The notes under the pieces were generated by a model that saw only the letters and a list, made by a program, of their open reading frames with translations, made no database searches and was not told the DNA's origin. 64,000 nucleotides of DNA from Macrostomum hystrix (lineage: Eukaryota; Animalia; Platyhelminthes), in assembly GCA_950097015.1 (NCBI GenBank), contig CATNEN010000038.1, positions 21,452,001 to 21,516,000 on the forward strand, given 5' to 3'. Made by a program: the position numbers and the translations under genes. Below are positions 10,560 through 21,511 of the stretch, piece by piece. Within the stretch, counting starts at the first letter, position 1, and each line of letters begins with the position of its first letter.

Positions 10560-13500
10560 ATGAGTCAAGAGTACGTTGTTCTTTCTGGAGACTACGTGAC
10601 AGTAAAAATTACTGGTACTGCCAGTGATTTTAGTAGTGAACGACGTTTTCCAAAGGGAATGACTATTTTTCAACTTAAGGTAAATTCTAGTGCTTTTCTG
10701 ACAATGGTTATAATTTTTTTTAAATTTCTTATATCTCTTGTTTGTTTAGTAGACCTACAGAATACCAGATTTTTATGTTTTGCATATCCTTACAACACTT
10801 CTGCTTTGTACCATTTTGTATCATGAATTTAACTATTCATTGAACTTTGTCAATATTTGTTTTGTGTCTTAGGGCTCTAAGTTAGTTGTAGTATCCAGCT
10901 TAAAATATATTCTTACCAGTACCTACTGTCTTAATTCTATTTTATGTCAAATTTAATAAATCAATCTACTTTATAGTAGTCAAAAAATATTTGCCTGCCT
11001 CGCTAACAAATTAGCAAGTTGGTGAGTACATATTTTAGGCTCAGGCTAGGTTGCAGTTAGTTTAGTTACTTCTTTATTCCATCCATTTTCCATACATATG
11101 ATTTAGGTCCATCATGATTTTGCTTGTACTTTTTTGGTGGCTTCTATCAACAATTTCTGTATAAAACTTTATAGGAAATCATACATGTACTAACTAATGT
11201 ATACGAATGTACTCTTTCTAAGACAGATGGTTTAGTGTCGACCGATCCTGGATAACCCATGTAAGCTCAGCAGACATTGCAGAAAAAAATGCAGACAAAA
11301 AGGCGGCACATGAAAAATGTTTTCTGAACCAAAATTGTTTTCGATCACTGCCGTGGCAATTTGACTGCATCTTTATCATGATGTATTCTACTATGTTTAT
11401 CGTAAAAATGCAACTCTATATATTATTTTAACACTAAATCCCTAACTTAGAATATTCCTATCCCTTTCCCTCCACATCTCTAATCAATAATTCACAATAC
11501 GCAGCAAAGAGTCCTGCTACTCAAATCCTACAAATTTGTGCCATGCTGGGATCAGTGTTCATAATAGTTCTGGTGGGACGACCTCATACTTTGGGTCATC
11601 GGACAGCTGGTCGTTCTCGATGTCTTCGACGGTGTCCGCAAAAAGCACAGTGGTCGACAACAGTGCGGCGCGCTGCCAGTTGGATGCAGCCGCAGCTGTC
11701 ATCGAAGCTACTTGTGTCGCCTGCCTAGTCTCCTTCATATTCTTCGCCTGCTTGGCCTGCCTCGCCCCTCCACTGGCCTGATTGTCATCTGCTCTATTCG
11801 ACTCCTTCGCCTTCTCTTTCCACTCTTTCGTTTGAGTTCGGCAAGCCGCCAAGACCTCCGGTTTTGCAGTGAGCAGCAGATTTGCACGACACTGCTTAAA
11901 AGCCTCCTCCGTCGGTTGCAGACCGATTTCTCGGCAGTGCAATTTCAGTACATTTATCTTTGCCAGACATGGGGCTTCCATATCCAGCTTGTTAACGGAG
12001 CGACCTGAATAGTTGCACTTCCTCAGTTCCACCTGAGAAAAAAGGGCACCCAGCACAGCCCTCAATAGCCGACCGTTGGCTCGCTTTTTCGAGTTGGCGT
12101 ACGCGTCAAGATCTACGATCTGGGCCTGGGAAGAACGAAGAGTCTTCCATTCGATGCCTCTTCGGAGGACATCATAATGTGCCGATTTGCTCACTGGAAA
12201 CTGAATGAACTCAGCCCTCTACAGTGACAATGGCACCATCTCCTTGACTTCATCATCGTTGTGGTGTTCGGGGGTAGGTGCCGTCGCCGGCGGCGGGATC
12301 TCCAGCGTCTGCATCCGCAGCATGGTTGCCAATGGGAGTGCCGACCGATACGCTTGGCTGTCTGCCATGCAAAAGCACATGGGCTGCATTCACAGCGTCG
12401 CACACGTCGCTCAATGGCTTACCGACTGCCCTGATGGACACCAGCGCGTCGGAACTGCGCTTTTCGGCTTGCTGTAGTCGGCGATTAACGTCGGCAAGTT
12501 CGGGTTGCATCTCATTAATTTGAAAGCAATGATGCGATCCTCCTGCGCAGAAATCAAGGCCTCGCACTCGCTTCGGCGCTGCACCTCGGCTAGTAACTCC
12601 AGACCTGTATTAAATTTTTAGAAATGATTTGATTAGAAATTGCCAACATAAATCATTATTAGTATAAGTGACTGATGAGCTTGTGTTAGTGTATTTATAC
12701 TCTGGTACAGTGGTTTCCATGTACTTACGCAGATTCGTTACAATGCTCTGAAGCTCGGTAATGTTTTTGCTCAGATTGTAACAGCTACCGCAGCCCGACT
12801 GTTGCCCCAGCTGGGTGTAATCGACAACAGCGCAGAGGCGCACTGAGTCCCGCACCGCCTGCTCAGTTAGGAAAGGCTCCTTTAGCAGCAGCCTGTTGTG
12901 TAGATTGTCTGACCCGAAGGCGACTTCAACAATGCTGCCTTTAAGTAGGGAATCTCCCGAGACGCCGTAAGCATACCGTATCTGCGACTCTGCCACAACA
13001 CCAGATTTCGAAGATGGATATTGCACACCCCACCAGCGAAGGGGAGCGTCGCTAGCAACAACAAACGGTTGGCGTGTCTCATCTCGTGCTTGATCGTCGC
13101 TGTCGTGGGAGCCACTAGCACAGGCACCGCCCTTGGGTGTTGTCGACAATGCCGCCTCGGCTGGAGCTGGAAGCTTCTTCTGCTGTCGCTGACCCTGTGG
13201 AATGTGCACAGCTGAAGCGAGCGGCTCGTTCTCCTTGACAGTGGCGGCGTTCGCCTTGGCTGTAGCCGGTTGCTTCTTCTGCCGTCGCTGACCCTGTGGA
13301 ATGTGCACAGCTGCAGCGAGCGGCTCGTTCTCCTCGACAGTGGCGGCGTTCGCCTTGGCTGGAGCCGGTTGCTTCTTCTGCCGTCGCTGACCTTGTGGAT
13401 TGTGCACAGCTGCAGCGAGCGGCTCGTTCTCCTCGACAGTGGCGGCGTTTGCCTTGGCTGGAGCCGGCTGCTTCTTCTGCCGTCGCTGACACTGTTGGGG

Positions 13501-16500
13501 TTTTGGGATCAACGGATCGTTGCCTCCATTCAAATGATTCGGATGTTCCTGCTTTTGATTCTTAGCTGCCGAAACATTGTCATTGAGAGACACTTCAACG
13601 AGCCCCTTGCGCTTCGCACCTTTCTTTGCGGAACTTCCAGTCATCTGCAAGTGTTTGTCATTATCGGGGTCAATATTGTTATAAATTGACTGTGCACCTG
13701 TTCATTATATGTTCACCTGAATGTCCGAAGTAATAATTAATTATGACTATCCCATTGAAATGCTATCCTGACACATGAGGACTCAATATGGTAAGGTGAC
13801 TGCTGATATTAGTATCTTCCATACACTATACATGTCTGAATGTAAAAAAATGACTGGTAAGATGATCGTGTTTCGTAAATTTCGGAAATAAATTAAGATC
13901 GGCTTCTTCTTAAGGCGTGCAAGCATAACAATATGACAGGCGAACACAAAATATATTTAACTGCACACTATAGTGTGATCTATCCACCAGAAAAATAGCG
14001 GTATCCTTGCGCAAGAAAATATGTAACCTCGCGCTAGCAGCGGCTAACAAAATAATAATTGAACCGGTGGCGAAATGAAAACATTCTTTCTGTGGGGACA
14101 CAATAGTTTGCTGACATCGGAAACAGAATTATCCTGATGGACATGTAACAGCCAAATAGCAAAGAACCGGAGATGCAGTGAGTAATGTGGAAGACAAAAA
14201 AAATATTGCCTCCGTTCTTTTCTCACATATCGACCATCACTCTCTGTCATGTCCTCTTATGTTTAAGTCCTATGTCATGCTCTTATTTTACTTATTCGCT
14301 TATTTAATGCAATGTGGGCATTGTGCGCAAGTCACGAAGTGGGCGCTTGCGACGTGGTAGAGGTCGCATGGCTTCAAGTTGTGCTTCCGGAGGAGTTAAA
14401 GGCATGCTAATGGCCCAGAATTGTGGATCCACAGGTTTATGCCTCGGCTGGTTGCTCCGGTGTTTACCGGCCAGCTGAAGTCGCTTTCTACGGCTCTCAG
14501 GTGATAGGTCGGCGTACCAGGCTTCGCAATCTGGGCAGCAATGAGCATCAAGCTCCTGTCTGTCCGCTTTGCGTCTGCAGACGTAGACGCAAGCTGGCCC
14601 GGCTTTCCGGTCCGGGAGCTTGTTGTAGTCGGCGCGAAATTCAGCGACAGACATGCCTGCAAAGACACCACCAAGTGGGCCACCAGATTCTACACTAGCA
14701 TGGCCTTGAGTCTCCGACCCCTCGTCATCTGGGCCTTGCGTCTCCGACCCCTCGTCATCTGGGCCTTGCGTCTCCGACCCCTCGTCATCTGGGCCTTGCG
14801 TCTCCGACCCCTCGTCATCTGGGCCTTGCGTCTCCGACCCCTCGTCATCTGGGCCTTGCGTCTCCGACCCCTCGTCATCTGGGGCACTGGCACTGGCGGA
14901 GGATAGAGTCAATGGCTCCTGTGCACGAGTGCGAGGCCATGGCGCGCGTGTGTTAGCCGAGTTCATCACCTGTGTGGGTGGCAGCTCATCGCATGCGACA
15001 GTGGCGCGATGGTACAACACAGTAGCACTGGTATTGAAAACCGGCGACGCACTTCGGGGGCTGCGCAACCGGCGAATCTCGTCGCGCAGAAACCGGTTTT
15101 CCTCCCCGAGGGCCGTACACATAGAACAAGCAGCAGCATGGGACCAGTGGTCCATTCCCATGGAAGCTGCAATGGAGCGGTTATGTTGGTAAAAGATTCT
15201 GAATTAGGTCCACGGGCCTTTTTCGCGCGGTCTGAGAGGGTGAGACTGGATGAGATGGGAGACGAAATAGGAAACCTAAGCAAGCAAAGATTAGTTTAAA
15301 AAACTGCCGAAGCTGTGGAGACATCTTTTTTGGAAAAAGTAACTCTTAATCAAATAGAGACAAGAAGCTTTACTAGATTACACCGGATTACAGAACGTCA
15401 GTAGCTACTGATGTACTAGACAAGGTGTAAATAAGTAGTAGTATTCGATGTGAGTGGGAAATGCGTTGTACAACATTGGAAATCAATTTTTTGGTTTTGA
15501 GATTCTCGAGCAAAGAATTTGCTTCCTAGCTCGAGTAAAGCTCAACTACAGAGAGTACAGTGCAATGCATTTTTTACGATTATCCGCCCTTTTTTATAAT
15601 GCCGATATGGGTTTCGTTTATAGAAGTTTAAGTTTTCAAGGGAGAGACAAATACAAAAAATGATGAGTTCATTACACTTTAATCGTTTCTTCATGGCAAT
15701 TACCAAAACAATTCAACGGCCAAAACTAGCTGACACTGAGGCCAATTCAGGACATGAAAGTCTGCGCGTGCGGTAGCATCGCTATGTAGTTTTGATTAGT
15801 TCCGTGACGGTGATCGAGTCTAAATCTTCAAACGGCGAACGAACCAGACGACGAACGTGACTGAATCTGCAGCCCCGATTCTGCGAGTCGGGCAGTACAC
15901 CCGCGATGGCATGCAGACTGTCAAACTCCGGTTCAACGACGTCAAGCAGCTTGATGGTCGCCGTCGTGTCCTCGCCACCCTCCGTGATGCGCAGTCCTTC
16001 CACGCGTCCAAACCGAAAGTGCGTGGCGAATCACCAAGTAACCCGACGAAGCACGACTGTACAGAGGTCCTACGGTTGCCACGACGGAATACATCAATCT
16101 GCAAGCCACAAGGGCGGCTGACAGAGAACCATGTGACAGCACCATGCTTAGTACGACCGTGAAATGTCAATTCATCGATGACTCGTCTGATCACACAACG
16201 CCTTTTCTCCGCAAGCCACGGATACACGTCCAAGTTTAAAGAAGCCTGCGCTACAGAGAGGTTTGTCTCAACGACGTGCACGACATTGACATCAATTCCG
16301 CGGGATCCTCGGAGCTGATCCCCGACGGTTCGATGTAGCCCTTCGAATAGCGCTGCTGACTGTCTATGGAGAGGACCGGCAAGGTATGCATACGCAACCA
16401 TGTGATTGCAAACTTGATGTGCATTGTACGTTAGAGCCCTGAGCGAATACAACGCCAGCAACATCGACTGAAAATGGCGCAGAGTTCGATGAACAGCCGG

Positions 16501-19500
16501 TAACTCGGACATCGGTGTCGATTCGCATGCAAACCAGAAAGCTGCGCTGCTGAAGAGCACGAAATGATGCCAGTAGTCTGGTGGCAAAAACGTTTTGAGA
16601 ACCATTGGGCCGTAAATGACAAGCCACATCTCGAATTCGTGCCCTCTAAAATTTTTTGATCTCTTTCAGTGAGCGAGGCGGGCGTCGCTGCACGCTGTGC
16701 GGCACACAGATGGTCGATAGGCAGTCTTCTACAAGATGACACATTGCGTGTAAATCTGGATTCCGACCGACTGGATCGGGTTTTTCGCGGCGTACGACAA
16801 ACAATTGCATGAGGATCCATAGAACAAGACCGCCCGAAAGTTGGTGCAGGTAGCAGGGAGGTGTGCCCCGCATGTAGTCGAAGCCTATGAGCTTCGACAG
16901 AGGCGACGGTCCTTTCACACCGAGTGTGTCAGACGTCTGGCGCAGCGCCACGGCTGGCCCAAACCTTGCTACTCGGCTCTCCGCTAACCTCGATGTGTCT
17001 GTTGCGCATCGAACGCTCACCTGTTCGCACCCGGCCTTTCGTACCTGCCGAATGGTGGACGCCTTCACATTTACCGGGTAGGTACGGCCACTAATAAATG
17101 GCCTTGGCTCTGTCTGGATGTAACATTTATCACATCCATGTACTGCGTTAAAGCGCTTCAGTCCCAGCGCGTCTGTACGCGCTGGTGCGTCGAACATAGC
17201 CAGTAAAGGATGGAACCGCATGGTGCGTGGCTGTCCGTCTAGACTACTATATGCAACACCAGGATGCAACAGCTTGTTGAGCTCGCTCACAACCACTGGC
17301 AAGAATGCCTGCGAATGCAGCTTGCGTCGGCCTGCCTAAACAGCAGAGGATAGCTGCCGAATGCTTTTTCTTTTCTGGCACCTCGTTCACGCTCAGTTAC
17401 ACGGGACAGACCTCAACGTGCGCTTTGCTGAATACCGGAAAGCCGTCCGCACAAATCATGTAGGACAAGTCGCACCGCTCATCTGGCGAAATGCTCTCGA
17501 CAAATTCGCGGTATAAAATACTGCCTGCCATATTCAGATGGCCTTGTTTACTCCTAGCGATCTGGTCTGACGGGAAAACGATAGAACGCAAGAAGTCGGC
17601 GGATTCCAACTTGCAGCGCAACTGCGCAGCTATGTCGAACACCCACAGATGTCCAATTTCCTCTGAATTGCAATTCGGACACCTGACACCGGGTCCCTGT
17701 ATCCGGGAATGTGTACTGATGGAGCAACAGTTGCACACTGTGTAGCATACGGATGATCCAGCGAACGAGCTCAATCGCCTTAGAAGTCTGTACAACTTGT
17801 AGTGGGTCTTCGGTAACCGGTAGCTGGGCATGAAGCACCGTAATATTCGCAGCACGACACCGTTGCACTTCACTGTCAGCTTTGGGTCGATGACAAACTT
17901 CAGCAACATGAGTACTGCGTCGCGCAGGCTAATAGCAGACCCGGGATACAGTGGCAATTCGTCCAGTTCGACAGTGGACGACTCGTTAGTAGCAAAGTTA
18001 CTAGCAGCAATGCCGGAACCGTCGTCGCCCCCGGCACCATCAACATCAGCGCCACCATCACCGCCTTCCTCATCATCGCCTCCGTCCTCATCATCGCCTC
18101 CGTCCTCACCATCGCCGCTGTCCTCATCATTGCCTCCGTCCTCACTATCACCGCCGTCCTCACCATCACCGCTGTCCTCATCATCGCCTCCGTCCTCACC
18201 ATCACCGCCGTCCTCACCATCGCCGCTGTCCTCATCATCGCCTCCGTCCTCACCATCGCCTCCGACCTCACCATCACCGCCGTCCTCACCATCGCCTCCG
18301 TCCTCACCATCACCGCCGTCCTCACCATCGCCGCTGTCCTCATCATCGCCTCCGTCCTCATCATCGCCGCTGTCCTCATCATCGCCGCTGTCCTCATCCT
18401 TGCCGCCCTGCTGGTCGCAGACGTCGCTACCATCAAGCCGTGGCCTCTTTATGGCTCTTCCATGCCGGTCTCTTCCCGACCGCCGTTGCAGGGTTTTGTG
18501 ACACATCCGACAGTCACAATTTGGGCCCTTTCGACAGGCCTCCATTCGATTGCCATTCGGTCAGCCAACTCGACGCACAGGAGCAGTAGATAGCACAACT
18601 CCCCTTTGCCGCCGTGCGAACCAGTATGATTGTCGGATTTATTTTCTGCCATGACAGTTGCATTGATGCGGACTGCAATGTTTTTCGTCAATTATTTGTA
18701 ATAGTTCTAATTGGTTGATTATTATATAAGCATGGTAATAATTATTTACAACGAAACCCAAATTTTATAATAAATCCCACTCACAATAGACACGTATATA
18801 TAACACCTTTCAATCATACAGTCATTATATGGATGTCTATGGATTGCATATTGCATAGCTTTATGTATCTCAATCTGGACGTTTAATATATAAATATCGA
18901 AATCAATATCCCAATGTCTATGCATACTATACAACTATATATAGATGCATGTGTCTAAATATACTTCTATTCGAATTCAGAAGAAAGAACACAACTCAAA
19001 AGTCGTTCTAAAAGGGCATAAAGTAACATGAATACGCCACTTACGCTTTATATTTATATTTATATTAGAATAAGAACTTTCAAGACGAGACAAGACAAGA
19101 CAAGATTAGGCAAGAATAAAGCTTCCCACATTCGGCTGCTTCCTTTCTGTGCTTCCGAGTTAAGAAGCATCAAATTGAGATGCTTCCCAGATTCGGCTGC
19201 TTCCTTCTAGTGCTTCCGAATTAAGAAGCATCAAATTGAGATGCTTCCCATATTCGGCTGCTTCCTTCCAGTGCTTCCGAATTAAGAAGCATCAAATTGA
19301 GATACTTCCCACATTCGGCTCCTTCCTTCCAGTGCTTCCAAGTTAAGAAGCATCGAATTGAGATGCTTCCCACATTCGGCTCCTTCCTTCCAGTGCTTCC
19401 AAGTTAAGAAGCATCGAATTGAGATGCTTCCCACATTCGGCTCCTTCCTTCCAGTGCTTCCAAGTTAAGAAGCATCGAATTGAGATGCTTCCCCCATTCA

Positions 19501-21063
19501 GCGGCTTTTTTTGTGGAAGCATCGGTGCTTCCGGGCAGAAGCAGCCGAAGAAGCAGCCCATTTTTTCAGCGGGAGAGGATCGATTCTAAATTGATAAAGT
19601 TGTGCCACTGACTGGATGTCTGACTTATAAAATTCTAATTAAAAATGCATCCTTTTAACATCTCGCACGCAGAGCAAACTAGAGCTGATCACAGGATGCG
19701 CTTGTGCCACTATGAACTTAGAACTTTACGATACGGAGAACAAGCTGGTTTGCCATCTGGACAACAATGACGCATTGTTGGGCTCCTATCCGATTGATGA
19801 CGGTATGCGGATACACGCCAACGATCCAGCTTCTAAGGGAGCGTTCGATTTCGCTTCAATCGGCGCCGCCGAAGGCAAACCACTGTATAATATGAGCGAC
19901 GAGGAGTACAAGAAAAAGAGCGACACATTTTTGCAGTTTAAACGAGTCAACAAGTTAGGCGAATTCGCCCAAGTTGATCCGGAGGAAAAACGCAAGAAGC
20001 AGGAGGCCGAAAATGAAGAGAAGACCCTAGCCGAAGCTATCACGGTTGGGAGCCGATGCGAGGTTCGTGAGTGTCATGAGTTTCGGATTCAGTGTCATGA
20101 GTTTCACATTCAGTGTCATGAGTTTCACATTCAGTGTCATGAGTTTCACATTCGGTGTCATGAGTTTCGGATTCAGTGTCATGAGTTTCACATTCAGTGT
20201 CATGAGTTTCACATTCAGTGTCATGAGTTTCACATTCCTTGTCATGAGTTTCACATTCATTTTCATGAGTTTCACAGTTAGTGTCATAATTTTCACATTC
20301 AGTGTCATGAGTTTCGGATTCGGTGTCGTGAGTTTCGGATTCAGTGTCATGAGCTTCGGATTCAGTGTCATGAGTTTCACATTCATTTTCATGAGTTTCA
20401 CAGTTTGTGTCATAAGTTTCACATTCAGTGTCATGAGTTTCGGATTCAGTGTCATGAGCTTCGGATTCAGTGTCATGAGTTTCACATTCATTTTCATGAG
20501 TTTCACAGTTAGTGTCATAAGTTTCACATTCAGTGTCATGAGTTTCACATTCATTTTCATGAGTTTCACAGTTAGTGTCATAATTTTCACATTCAGTGTC
20601 ATGAGTTTCGGATTCGGTGTCGTGAGTTTCGGATTCAGTGCCTTGAGTTTCACAGTTAGTGTCATAAGTTTCACATTCCGTGTCATGAGTTTCGGATTTT
20701 GTGTCGTGAGTTTCGGATTTAGTTTTATTTTAGTATCGGATTCAGTTTAATAAAATTCAGTCATTTTGGGATATTGTGACTAGCTACTAATCTGTTGATT
20801 GTTTGTCCTCTCACTCGACACAGGTGTCAGTAGCCGGCCAAGCTTCCCGACGCGGCGAAGTGGCATTTGTCGGCCAGACAGACTTCAAGCCGGGCTGGTG
20901 GGTGGGTGTCTGCCTAGACGAGCCACTGGGTCGGAACGACGGCAGCGTGGCCGGCAAACGCTATTTTCAGTGTCCGCAAAAATATGGCGGCTTCTTTAAA
21001 CCGAAAGATGTTGCCATCGGCGACTATCCCGAGCTGGGCATTGACGAATTGGACGAAATTTAA
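10560..21063 (+). CDS. TBCB: Tubulin-folding cofactor B; exons 10560-10679, 19673-20062, 20824-21063 (249 aa)
   Basis: N-terminal ubiquitin-like domain ([14 protein letters not shown]|SKLELITG...[14 protein letters not shown]), coiled segment, and CAP-Gly domain ([27 protein letters not shown]), ending DELDEI. All junctions are phase 0 GT-AG. Confidence 0.95.
11559..13650 (-). pseudogene. Transposon accessory gene with coiled coil and BEN-like domain (degenerate)
   Basis: Exon ~13646-12729 (99-bp x3 repeat), intron 12728-12605, then a coiled-coil region with frameshifts and an in-frame TAG. The frame continues into [31 protein letters not shown]...KINVLK, which resembles the BEN consensus. 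Confidence 0.6.
14304..15161 (-). CDS. Miniature CtIP/Sae2/Ctp1-like protein (285 aa), transposon-borne
   Basis: The C-terminal [42 protein letters not shown]...[12 protein letters not shown] parallels the CtIP SAE2 domain ([25 protein letters not shown]...SRHR...PNTPENFWEVGFP). N-terminal CxxC plus short coiled coil. A ttgcag acceptor lies 5 nt before the ATG. Confidence 0.85.
   Translation of the reverse strand: MGMDHWSHAAACSMCTALGEENRFLRDEIRRLRSPRSASPVFNTSATVLYHRATVACDELPPTQVMNSANTRAPWPRTRAQEPLTLSSASASAPDDEGSETQGPDDEGSETQGPDDEGSETQGPDDEGSETQGPDDEGSETQGPDDEGSETQGHASVESGGPLGGVFAGMSVAEFRADYNKLPDRKAGPACVYVCRRKADRQELDAHCCPDCEAWYADLSPESRRKRLQLAGKHRSNQPRHKPVDPQFWAISMPLTPPEAQLEAMRPLPRRKRPLRDLRTMPTLH
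14701..14880 (-). repeat. Coding 30-bp tandem repeat x6 ([10 protein letters not shown])
   Basis: Six near-perfect units within the CtIP-like ORF. Confidence 0.95.
15782..18545 (-). pseudogene. CACTA/EnSpm-type DDE transposase, disrupted
   Basis: Colinear motifs across ORF fragments: CxxC..CPx[26 protein letters not shown]...[41 protein letters not shown]...[12 protein letters not shown]. Stop at 17397; frameshifts near 17335, 16648 and ~16000. Confidence 0.85.
18050..18400 (-). repeat. 18-bp coding repeat (acidic DDEDGG tract) in the transposase N-terminus
   Basis: Units such as tcctcatcatcgcctccg. Confidence 0.9.
19120..19500. repeat. ~61-bp subterminal tandem repeats of the CACTA-like element
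   Basis: About 6 units of gatgcttcccacattcggctccttccttccagtgcttccaagttaagaagcatcgaattga; the same motifs run up to the terminus at 19573. Confidence 0.85.
20068..20722. repeat. 21-bp intronic minisatellite (TBCB intron 2)
   Basis: (gtgtcatgagtttcacattca)n starting at the splice donor. Confidence 0.95.
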
Positions 21064-21511
21064 CTTGTATAAACTAACTATCTTTCGAGAATTTGTTTTC
21101 CGCATCATACTACTCACGATACTTGTAACAAGTAGTGTAATCGCATGTTGTTAGGTAAATTCTACCTTAAGAGATATTTATGGTTCAGATATATAATTTT
21201 TTTCTTAAAGTAGAACTTCAGAATTTGTTTGAAAGAAAATAAATTCGAAACAGAATTTATTTGCTGTCTGCTTGCTCTTCAAATATCCCCTATTTCCTCT
21301 CTTACTTTTTATATACTTAATTGTGCTTTAAGTATATTTTTCTCTAATACTTTTTGTATTAAAAGATAATAACAAAATACACGATTTGCTTTCTAATTTG
21401 TTTGCAGTTTATTTCCTGAATTTATAGAGAAGATTATCCGAATAAAATATAAGCTCAAAGTTTTCCCCCGTTATCTTCTTAATCTGATAAATGATTAACT
21501 AAAAATTTCAG

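Larger units (their letters stand above)
11270..19573 (-). mobile_element. CACTA/EnSpm (CMC)-like DNA transposon in TBCB intron 1; left boundary approximate
   Basis: Three co-oriented minus-strand genes including a CACTA-type transposase. The right terminus reads CCCGCTGAAAAAAT on the minus strand, next to subterminal tandem repeats. A matching left TIR and TSD were not found. Confidence 0.75.

Noticed and set aside
11243-11300. Left TIR of the CACTA-like element (ctcagcagacattgcagaaaaaaat; cgatcct/aggatcg)
   Set aside because: Only weak resemblance to the right terminus and no TSD; used only as an approximate boundary.
20027-20750. Long repetitive ORFs in the ORF track (also at 22717-24160, 24599-25201, 28456-29299, 32553-33767, 35451-36296, 41684-42837, 55258-57255, 61006-62336)
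   Set aside because: They are translations of minisatellites in introns or intergenic DNA; the real exons splice around them.
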